Of a stretch of DNA of 64,000 nt, positions 40,674 to 48,539 are shown one piece after another. Numbering within the stretch: the first letter of the stretch is position 1; the number at the start of each line of letters is the position of its first letter. The stretch is from an uncultured Thermoplasmata archaeon (GTDB lineage Archaea; Thermoplasmatota; Thermoplasmata; WALJ01). Below the pieces are notes generated by a model. That model did no database searches. It was not told where the DNA came from and saw only the letters and a list, made by a program, of their open reading frames with translations. The position numbers were made by a program, and so were the translations under genes. Location of the stretch: the NCBI GenBank assembly GCA_964475625.1, contig CAYYXK010000002.1, positions 4,422 to 68,421 on the forward strand, read 5' to 3'.

Positions 40674-41820
40674 GCAGGGCCTCCGTGAATTCGTCTATGA
40701 CCGCTTTCGTCACATATGGCATCACGACAATCCTTATGCCCTTCGGATTCCGCACGGTGGATATCTTCCAGCCTTTCTTATCCATCTCTGACCTTATGCG
40801 CTCCGCATCATCCGTCCCGAATGCCACCACGTTCATCACAGGCTTGATTATGGGTTTAAATCCCAGAGCACCCAGTTCATCAACGAGATAGCGAGTGTTC
40901 TCCATGCATTTCCTGACGATCTCCCTGTAGCCATCTCTTCCGAGGCTCTTCACAACCGCATAGGCTCCGGCCACCGAGCCGCTCGGCCGCGTTCCCGCAA
41001 GACCAATGTTCCGTTTGGTCGTCAAATACGGCGATTCAACCGATATGGCATCCACATATTTCCTCTCCTTGAGCAGCAGTATTCCGGACGGCACCGTGGC
41101 CATGCCCATCTTGTGTAGGTCAACAGAAAGGGAATCGACACCATCCACTCTGAAATCCCATTCTCCTTCCCACATTCCGAGTTCTTCAAGGAAAGGCAGT
41201 ACCATACCGCCGAAGGCCGCATCCACATGAAGGAAGACATCTCTGGCTACCTCAGATATTTCCTTTATCGGGTCAACCGCACCGAGTTCCGTGCTACCTG
41301 CTATGGCCATGACGGCCGCAACATCATCGCCCATCCTTCTTTCAAGGGCATCCGCATCCATCCTGTAATTCTCATCGAGAGGCACATCAACCAGTTCCAT
41401 CGCAAGGAGGTCCGCGGCCTTCTTCATCGAGAAGTGAGCGCTCTCCGGTGCCAGTATCTTCCTTTTTCCCGAAAGGTTGCGCGCTATCCACACGGCGGTT
41501 ATGTTCGCCTCGGTTCCACCGCCTACGAACTGCCCCCATCCTCCGTCAAGGTGCATGAGTTCGGAGATATCGCCTATCAGTTCCTCTTCAAGCCCTGCGG
41601 TCCCGGGATAGAGCCCTCTGTTCCCTAGGTTCGCCTCGGAGAACATCGCATGGTATTTCACCGCAATATCCTCGGGCCTCGAGCACATCGAGCCGAGAAC
41701 ACGGCCTCTCTCGAAGAGAAAATCCCTTTCAAGGGCCTCGGATAGCCTGCGCTCCACATCCTTCTCGGGAAGGCCTTTCTCGTTCACAATTGGAAATGGG
41801 TGGGGTAAATAAGGTTTCAC
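40663..41820 (-). CDS. mfnA: L-tyrosine/L-aspartate decarboxylase (PLP-dependent)
   Basis: 385 aa; GGTEANITAVWIA and SVDLHKMG (PLP-Lys) motifs of archaeal MfnA. Confidence 0.8.
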   Translation of the reverse strand: MKPYLPHPFPIVNEKGLPEKDVERRLSEALERDFLFERGRVLGSMCSRPEDIAVKYHAMFSEANLGNRGLYPGTAGLEEELIGDISELMHLDGGWGQFVGGGTEANITAVWIARNLSGKRKILAPESAHFSMKKAADLLAMELVDVPLDENYRMDADALERRMGDDVAAVMAIAGSTELGAVDPIKEISEVARDVFLHVDAAFGGMVLPFLEELGMWEGEWDFRVDGVDSLSVDLHKMGMATVPSGILLLKERKYVDAISVESPYLTTKRNIGLAGTRPSGSVAGAYAVVKSLGRDGYREIVRKCMENTRYLVDELGALGFKPIIKPVMNVVAFGTDDAERIRSEMDKKGWKISTVRNPKGIRIVVMPYVTKAVIDEFTEALHGI

Positions 41821-42641
41821 TCTCCGATAAGGCTTATAACCATGTATATCATCATCACAAGTCCCATAATGGAGGGAATGATTCCATAGAGCGCTACCAA
41901 GATTTTCTTTCCGAAGTTCTCCCGTGTCATCTCGATCTCTGCCGACTTTTTCATCGAGAATATGGCAGGTATCGTCAGAACAACATACAGAACTCCCGTG
42001 GCGAACATGCCGGAGACAAATCCCACATCAAGGTCAGAAGCAACATCTGTCGCCTCGCTTTCCATGAGCCCTCCGAATATTATCAGCAGGATGGTTATGA
42101 GATATATATACATCAGCATGGTCTCCGGAAGTGTAAGGAATACCACATATTTCCCGAAATTCCTTCGCGGGTGTTCGAACCCATTTTTCTCGTAGTATTC
42201 TTTCTCCATTTCCCATCTTTTCTGAAGGTCCTTCTCTGTTTTTATGTCTTCCGGAAGTATCAGGTCATACACAAATTCCCTCATTGCCCTGGTGGAATAC
42301 GGAATTCTTGAGATATCGGCCACGAAGACAGTGGCACCTATGAGCATTATGAATCTGGAAACCAGCCCGGCCGCATTCGGGAGCAGTTCATAGTTTTCCG
42401 AGATTAGAAGAATCACGGTAGTAACAAGCATATACATGATTCCCGTAGAGCCTATCATTATGAAGACCATCACAAGTCCCATTGCAGCCTTCGGCTCGTA
42501 TTTCTTCGAAAGCTCGAAGTCCTCTTCTATCTTCTTTTTCTCCTTCAGATAGGCCTGAAAGACCTGCATCGCATATATGCCGAAGCCGGCTATCGCGAGT
42601 ATGAATCCCACCACGATATACATCATGTCGCTTTCATGCAT
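41817..42641 (-). CDS. Polytopic membrane protein, function unknown
   Basis: About 6 predicted TM helices; clean ORF overlapping mfnA by 4 nt. Confidence 0.5.
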   Translation of the reverse strand: MHESDMMYIVVGFILAIAGFGIYAMQVFQAYLKEKKKIEEDFELSKKYEPKAAMGLVMVFIMIGSTGIMYMLVTTVILLISENYELLPNAAGLVSRFIMLIGATVFVADISRIPYSTRAMREFVYDLILPEDIKTEKDLQKRWEMEKEYYEKNGFEHPRRNFGKYVVFLTLPETMLMYIYLITILLIIFGGLMESEATDVASDLDVGFVSGMFATGVLYVVLTIPAIFSMKKSAEIEMTRENFGKKILVALYGIIPSIMGLVMMIYMVISLIGE

Positions 42642-42683
42642 AAAGGATGGATGGACATTTGCTATAAATATTTTTCTCGAGTT

Positions 42684-43832
42684 TTACAGTATCCGAAAGT
42701 AATCCAGAACGATGTAGATTCCCAGAAATATTATCAACAGACCGGCACCCACGGAGAGCTTCGATGAATTTCTTTCCTTCCATCTCTTTATCCCGATGCT
42801 GTCCGAGCGGGATGTATGGACAAGATATGTTATCAGTATGAGGGGGGCTATGAATATCAGGTTGTAGAGGAGCAGGAGGGCGATGCCGAGCGGTGCGGAG
42901 TCTTCAGATATCAGGCTCATGGCTATGAAATACGGCCCGGAGGTACATGGGAGAAGAAATAAGGATACAAGCAGTCCCATCACAAAGGCGGCCCGTGCAT
43001 CCCCAGCCTTCCTTATTGCCGAAGCAGTACGCTCCCTGAATGATTCGGGTATGAGGCTGGATGACCCCTTCTTTTTCATGGCATCCGCTATCTCAACGCT
43101 TCCCAATACTATCCCCATAATTCCGACAACCAGTTTAAGCCATGGAACGCTTCTGAACACCATTATGAGGCCGAAACCCATCATAAGATACACGAGGAAA
43201 ACAGCGGCGGAGAAAGCCAGCCCGGACCGGAGCACATCCCCTTTCTTTCTCGATATCAATGTGAGAAACGCCACCAGCACGGCAAATGCACAGGGATTCA
43301 CCGAGTCGGCGAGGGCCGCAAGAACTACCATGAGAAATATGCCTGCATCATTCCGCTCGGAAGGCTCAACCGTCTGAAGGAACAGACCTTCCAGTCTTTC
43401 AATATCTCCCGCATCGCTCAGATGTTCGGACTCTCTATCTCCGTACTGAATGAACAGAGGGTCCTGTTCCGTCATGGAGCGCCAGAAAGCGATATCATGT
43501 GGTCCCGAGACAACCGCTCTGAGGCTTCCGTTGAAGACACCCACCAGAGGTATTCTCTGTGTCATCCCGGAAAATGCCCTATCGTATATCTCATCGAAAT
43601 ACGGGGTATTCCGGGGGTCAGAGAGGTCGTAGAAAACCACGGAATCCTCTCCGAAGGCGGAGGTCAGAAGTTCAAGGGCCTCAACGCAGTCCTCGCACGC
43701 ATGCGAACCATAGACATAGAATCTCGGGGAGGGATCGGCGGCCGAGACATTCCCGGCAAAAGGAATAAGAAGGAAGATAACGAGCAGGAAAGATATGACT
43801 CTAATACTTCGACAGTATGAAGTTCTGACCAT
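42684..43832 (-). CDS. CcdA/DsbD-family transmembrane thiol:disulfide transporter with N-terminal secreted thioredoxin/glutaredoxin-like domain
   Basis: Signal peptide; CxxC (HACEDC); TM Cys motifs NPCAF and LPCTSGP typical of CcdA. Confidence 0.65.
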   Translation of the reverse strand: MVRTSYCRSIRVISFLLVIFLLIPFAGNVSAADPSPRFYVYGSHACEDCVEALELLTSAFGEDSVVFYDLSDPRNTPYFDEIYDRAFSGMTQRIPLVGVFNGSLRAVVSGPHDIAFWRSMTEQDPLFIQYGDRESEHLSDAGDIERLEGLFLQTVEPSERNDAGIFLMVVLAALADSVNPCAFAVLVAFLTLISRKKGDVLRSGLAFSAAVFLVYLMMGFGLIMVFRSVPWLKLVVGIMGIVLGSVEIADAMKKKGSSSLIPESFRERTASAIRKAGDARAAFVMGLLVSLFLLPCTSGPYFIAMSLISEDSAPLGIALLLLYNLIFIAPLILITYLVHTSRSDSIGIKRWKERNSSKLSVGAGLLIIFLGIYIVLDYFRIL

Positions 43833-45981
43833 ATGAGACCCCCCCGTCTCCGTTGGGAATGAACTCGTGCACCAGCATACTCATTCCCTGACTTTCAAGC
43901 TCTTTCCGTATCATCTCCAGAAGAGGCCTGTTGTACGAAACACCCCCGCTGACACCCACATCTTCCATTCCCTCTTTTTCCGCCTCCTCCGCCGCTATGC
44001 TGACGAGTCCTTTGATCGCCGCCCTCACTGCGGAATGCGCGACATCTGCCTTTTTCTTACCTCCGCTCATTCCGGCAGAGAAGACCTCCTCGAATATCGG
44101 TTCCAGCATCACAGTTCCATTCCGGATTTCAACCGGGTATCCCAGATCTTTCCCCTCTTCCAGATACCTTTCAAGTTTCATCGCAGGTTCACCGTCGTAG
44201 CTTCTGTAAGTGCATACTCCGAGATACGCCGACAGAGCATCCATGAACCTTCCGAAACTGCTCGTCTTTATCGAATTCCGCGAGACCTTTCGGAGAACAT
44301 CCTCCTTTCTCTCGTCGAATATGTTTCCATCTATCCCAAGCCTCTCCTGCCATGCAAAGACGAGGCGCAGAGGTTCAATGACCGCCTTGTCCCCGCCTAT
44401 GAGCGGAATTTCCTGCAAGTGTCCCTTTCTCTCGAAGTCCCTGCCACGGGAGAGTATCACTTCGCCCCCCCACGAGTTACCGTCGGTCCCGTACCCTGTG
44501 CCGTCAAGGGTGAGCGCAAGGATTCCCTCTCTTCCGTTTTCTCCGGCGAGGGCTGCGGCATGTGCATGGTGGTGCTGTATCTCGACAGGCTCAACATCAA
44601 AGCGCTCTCCCAATCTCCTCGCCAGCCTTCTCGATGCATAGCCCGGATGCAGGTCCATGGCTATCCCATCGACATTCTCTATCCCGAGCCAGCGCAGGAA
44701 CCTCTCCATCATCTCCTCCATGTATTCGTAGTTCCCGAGCCTGCTGACATTTCCGATGTACTGGGAGCCATAGACCTTCCCGCCCTTGCTGACCGTGAAT
44801 GCGAGGTTCATCTCCGCCCCCACCCCTATGAACACACCGTCATAATCCACCGGGAACGCCTCCGGAACGAATCCTCTGGACCTTCTTATGAACTGCCTCC
44901 TTCCCCTGTACATCCTGAGCAGAGAGTCATCGGCCCTGTTGGCTATCGGCCTGTTGTGCAGGAGATACGCATCCGCACCGAGACCGAAGGCATCTTCATT
45001 TTCTATGAGCATCGGTTCGCCGGGAAGGTTCGCCGAGGTCATAATGAGCGCATCGGAGCGCATGTGGCGGAACAGGATATGATGGGCCGCCGCATATGGA
45101 AGATATATCCCGACGTTCGGGAGACCCGGCGACACGGATTCCGGGACATCCTTTTTATCCAGAAGGACTATGGGCCTTTGAGGGGATAGAAGCATCTTTC
45201 TCTCCTCTTCGCTGATATACGCATATTTCATTGCTGTCTCGATATCCCTCACCATTATCGCAAAAGGCTTCTCGGGCCTGCCGTACCACTTTCTGAGACG
45301 GTCGATTTCTTCGAGGGGAGCGCTTATGTGCATACCGCCCCATGACTTCATCACCCCTATCTTACCATCATCCATAAGCATTGCGTATTCCTTTATGGGG
45401 TCATCGACAGGAAGTTCCTCAGCATTCGAACCGTAAAGAGTGTAATGCGGTCCGCAGTCGGGGCATGAGGTGGTCTGGGCGTGGAACCTCCTGTTCTCTT
45501 CATCGGTGTATTCCCTCAGACATTCATCGCACATGGGAAAATCGCCCATGCTGGTGTTCTTGCGGTCATAGGGAAGGGCGTATATCGCTGTGAAGCGCGC
45601 TCCGCAGTTGGTGCAGTTTATGAACGGAAAGAGGTGTCTCCGGTCCGACGGGTCGAAGAGCTCTTTCAGGCAATTATCGCATATGGCTGTGTCCGGAGGT
45701 ATAATGGAACTTCTCAGCCCGTCCTCGCTTCCAACGATGACAAATCCTTCATACGTGTGGGCCGCTTCTTCTTTCACTTGCACTATTTCATCTATTCTTG
45801 CCAGAGGGGGCAGTTCTTCCCGGAGTCTCTCAATGAATTCCTCTTCTCCCGATTCGAGGTATACCTCGACATGGGACCCCTTGTTCTGCACATAGCCTTT
45901 GAGAGCAAGTGAACGGGCCACGCGCACAACGGTAGGGCGGAAACCGACACCCTGAACCACGCCCTTGATGAGAAGTTTCAT
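43801..45981 (-). CDS. hypF: [NiFe]-hydrogenase maturation carbamoyltransferase HypF
   Basis: Acylphosphatase-like N-terminus (GVVQGVGFRP), two Zn-finger CxxC pairs, YrdC- and Kae1-like domains; 726 aa. Confidence 0.85.
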   Translation of the reverse strand: MKLLIKGVVQGVGFRPTVVRVARSLALKGYVQNKGSHVEVYLESGEEEFIERLREELPPLARIDEIVQVKEEAAHTYEGFVIVGSEDGLRSSIIPPDTAICDNCLKELFDPSDRRHLFPFINCTNCGARFTAIYALPYDRKNTSMGDFPMCDECLREYTDEENRRFHAQTTSCPDCGPHYTLYGSNAEELPVDDPIKEYAMLMDDGKIGVMKSWGGMHISAPLEEIDRLRKWYGRPEKPFAIMVRDIETAMKYAYISEEERKMLLSPQRPIVLLDKKDVPESVSPGLPNVGIYLPYAAAHHILFRHMRSDALIMTSANLPGEPMLIENEDAFGLGADAYLLHNRPIANRADDSLLRMYRGRRQFIRRSRGFVPEAFPVDYDGVFIGVGAEMNLAFTVSKGGKVYGSQYIGNVSRLGNYEYMEEMMERFLRWLGIENVDGIAMDLHPGYASRRLARRLGERFDVEPVEIQHHHAHAAALAGENGREGILALTLDGTGYGTDGNSWGGEVILSRGRDFERKGHLQEIPLIGGDKAVIEPLRLVFAWQERLGIDGNIFDERKEDVLRKVSRNSIKTSSFGRFMDALSAYLGVCTYRSYDGEPAMKLERYLEEGKDLGYPVEIRNGTVMLEPIFEEVFSAGMSGGKKKADVAHSAVRAAIKGLVSIAAEEAEKEGMEDVGVSGGVSYNRPLLEMIRKELESQGMSMLVHEFIPNGDGGVSYGQNFILSKY

Positions 45982-45985
45982 TCGA

Positions 45986-46639
45986 TCACAGGCCCATGGC
46001 CTTCATCAGGTCTTCCACTCCCTCGCCGGTCTTCGCATTCGTCTTGATGGAAATACCGCTCGGTTTGAGTTTTCTAAAATCGGAGATAAGGCCTTCCGGG
46101 TCCACTCCGATGTAAGGGGCTATGTCCACCTTGTTGACCACCATTATGTCCGACTGCCCGAACATAACAGGGTGCTTTCTGACCATGTCATCGCCTTCGG
46201 TCACGGATATGACCACTATTCTCTTTTCAGTACCGAGGGGAAAATCCGCAGGGCAAACGAGATTCCCGACATTCTCTATGAAGAGAACATCGATGGAATC
46301 AAGGTCCAGTTTCTCGATGGCGTGCTGTATCCGATGTGCATCCAGATGGCACTCCTTTCCGGTATTGACATTCACAGCCTCGATTCCGTGGGACTTCACC
46401 CTTCTATAATCATCATCTCCTGCAACATCTCCGGTTATGGCACCGACCTTTACGCCCTTCGTTTTCAGAAGTTCCGTCATCTTCTCTATCAGTTCGGTCT
46501 TGCCGGAGCCTATGGCACCCATGAAATCAAAGGCCCTGACCCCGTGTTCATCGAACATCTTTCTGTTCTTATCGGCCAGCTTTCTGTTGGCCCTGAGCAC
46601 ATCCTCTTCCATTTTGACATCAACGGTTATCAGGTGCAT
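45986..46639 (-). CDS. hypB: Hydrogenase nickel-incorporation GTPase HypB
   Basis: GAIGSGKTEL (P-loop), CH/ENVGNLVCP motifs. Confidence 0.85.
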   Translation of the reverse strand: MHLITVDVKMEEDVLRANRKLADKNRKMFDEHGVRAFDFMGAIGSGKTELIEKMTELLKTKGVKVGAITGDVAGDDDYRRVKSHGIEAVNVNTGKECHLDAHRIQHAIEKLDLDSIDVLFIENVGNLVCPADFPLGTEKRIVVISVTEGDDMVRKHPVMFGQSDIMVVNKVDIAPYIGVDPEGLISDFRKLKPSGISIKTNAKTGEGVEDLMKAMGL

Positions 46640-46708
46640 GGCAAAGGCATTCGCACATCCATATATGGAGTTTTTGCCGTTAAAAAGGTAAAGAAAGGGG
46701 TTTGTTTT

Positions 46709-46966
46709 TCAGAGATTCATTATCATCTCCGACATGAAGGCCTTTGTCTCAGGGTCATCGGGTATGGTTATGGAGCGTTTGAACTTCCTGCTCCCATCCC
46801 TTGCGTAATATCCCCTGCTTACGCTGATGAACTCGGTTGAGCCATCCTCGCTTACGGCCTTCTTCCTTGCGATCTCTATGAAGTTGTTCTTTCCGAACTC
46901 CTTTATCTCGGCTTTCACGGTCTCGAACGAGACCTCCTTGCTTTCCGTTTTCTGTTCGTTTTCCAT
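46709..46966 (-). CDS. Small (85 aa) putative PC4/YdbC-like ssDNA-binding protein
   Basis: Pattern NNFIEIARKKAVSEDGSTEFISVSRGYYARDGSRKFKRSITIP resembles the PC4-like fold; weak. Confidence 0.35.
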   Translation of the reverse strand: MENEQKTESKEVSFETVKAEIKEFGKNNFIEIARKKAVSEDGSTEFISVSRGYYARDGSRKFKRSITIPDDPETKAFMSEMIMNL

Positions 46967-47026
46967 TTTCTTTTCCTCCTGCCTCAGCAGGCAAATGGAA
47001 CGAGTCCGAAATCCGATATAAGAATG

Positions 47027-47042
47027 GCTGTTGCATGCAACA
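47027..47042. promoter_or_regulatory. Palindromic site CTGTTGCATGCAACAT (15/16 palindrome; 14-bp perfect core TGTTGCATGCAACA) about 60 bp upstream of the 46966 gene
   Basis: The same 16-mer (perfect) recurs at 58040-58055 in another intergenic region. Confidence 0.5.
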
Positions 47043-47059
47043 TATGGGCAACAACCGAA

Positions 47060-47833
47060 TCAGGAGCGCTCCTTCTTTGCATTTCGGATATGCTTCTTTT
47101 CGGTTTTTTCGCTATTTTTGCCGATTCTCAGGAGTTTTTCCAGCTCCTCTTTCTTAAGTTCCCTCCACATCCCCTCTTCTTCAATCCCTTTCAGTGTGAG
47201 ATCCCCGATCCTCACCCTACATAGGTCTTTCACATCCTTTCCGAGAGCCATGAACATGCGCCTGACCATGCGGTACCACCCCTGTTTAACGGTAATGGAT
47301 ACGAGCGTCCTGTTCTTCTTACTCCACAGTATCTCGATTTTCGCAGGTGCCGTCTTACCTTCTTCCAGCACTATTCCCCGCTCCAGAGCTTTTTTTTCCT
47401 TCTCGTCCAGCCATCCTTTTATCAGGACATGATACTCCTTTTCGGGCGCAAATCTGGGATGAGAGAGCTTGTGTGCGGCATCTCCGTCGTTTGTGACGAT
47501 AATCAGGCCCCATGAGTTTATGTCCAACCTTCCCACGGTAAAAAGTCTGGTTCTGGAGGGTATGAGATCAATCACAAGAGGCCTTCCGTATTTGTCCTTG
47601 TTGCTGGAAACATAACCGAGGGGCTTGTTCACGGCATAATAGTGTATTTGCTTCGCATATATTCTCTCTCCGTCCACCTTTACGACATCAACTTCCGGGT
47701 CCACCTTTATTCCAAGGTCCCGGATAACGGATCCGTTCACCTCCACCCTCCCTTCCAGTATTATCTCCTCACATTTGCGCCTTGATGCTATTCCGCATCT
47801 GGCCATGTATTTTTGAAGCCGTTCGTATGCCAT
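47060..47833 (-). CDS. rluB: S4-domain pseudouridine synthase, bacterial RsuA/RluB type
   Basis: S4 domain (RLQKYMARCGIASRRKCEEII) and catalytic FTVGRLD motif. Confidence 0.8.
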   Translation of the reverse strand: MAYERLQKYMARCGIASRRKCEEIILEGRVEVNGSVIRDLGIKVDPEVDVVKVDGERIYAKQIHYYAVNKPLGYVSSNKDKYGRPLVIDLIPSRTRLFTVGRLDINSWGLIIVTNDGDAAHKLSHPRFAPEKEYHVLIKGWLDEKEKKALERGIVLEEGKTAPAKIEILWSKKNRTLVSITVKQGWYRMVRRMFMALGKDVKDLCRVRIGDLTLKGIEEEGMWRELKKEELEKLLRIGKNSEKTEKKHIRNAKKERS

Positions 47834-48382
47834 TCAATCCACCAGTTTCCTGTAATACCGGTCCCTTTCGCTGAATATGCAGCCGCAGTAGGGCTGGCGG
47901 TAGAGGTCCAGTTCCTTCGATATCTTTATGGATTCCTTCCAACCAACCCTGAAATCACGATGAAGATACTCTATACCATATTTCTTCCCTGCTTTCTCAC
48001 CTATCTTCTTTATCAAGGATACCGGCTGGTATTTCGAAAGTGTGAGGGTGGTGGAAAACGCATCGAAACCCATCTCCTTCGCCTCTTTGGCGGTCCTTTC
48101 CATCCTTTCCTTGTAGCAGTACTCACACCTCGGCCTGCCTTCGTCTGTCCAGCGTACCATGCCAGCTATGAACTCTTCGAGAGGGTATTCGTCCCTGTAA
48201 ATCACCTCCGCACCTGTCAGGAACTGGTATCTCTGCAGTGCATGAAGCCTTCTCCTGTACTCTTCGAAGGGCTGTATGTTCGGATTATACCAGAAACCCA
48301 CCACTTCGTGACCTTCCTCTATCAGCGCCTTATGCGGATATGTAACGCAGGGAGCACAGCATATATGGATAAGGATTCTCAC
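47834..48382 (-). CDS. queH: Epoxyqueuosine reductase QueH (DUF208)
   Basis: MRILIHICCAPCVTYP...GFWYNPNIQP closely matches the QueH signature; C-terminal CGC. Confidence 0.8.
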   Translation of the reverse strand: MRILIHICCAPCVTYPHKALIEEGHEVVGFWYNPNIQPFEEYRRRLHALQRYQFLTGAEVIYRDEYPLEEFIAGMVRWTDEGRPRCEYCYKERMERTAKEAKEMGFDAFSTTLTLSKYQPVSLIKKIGEKAGKKYGIEYLHRDFRVGWKESIKISKELDLYRQPYCGCIFSERDRYYRKLVD

Positions 48383-48539
48383 AAATAGCCGAAATTAGGT
48401 GGAGATAAAAAGGAATCGCCTGAAAACATCGTCTAAAGAAGTTTATAAAATCGTCATTTGCCGTGATATGCACCAAAAACTATATATAACATCATCGAAA
48501 TCCCACCACTGCAATGAAATTCCCAAGGAGGGAAAGCGA

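Noticed and set aside
43867-45189. 440-aa plus-strand ORF
   Set aside because: Antisense to hypF, which has unmistakable domain motifs; R/H/P-rich shadow translation
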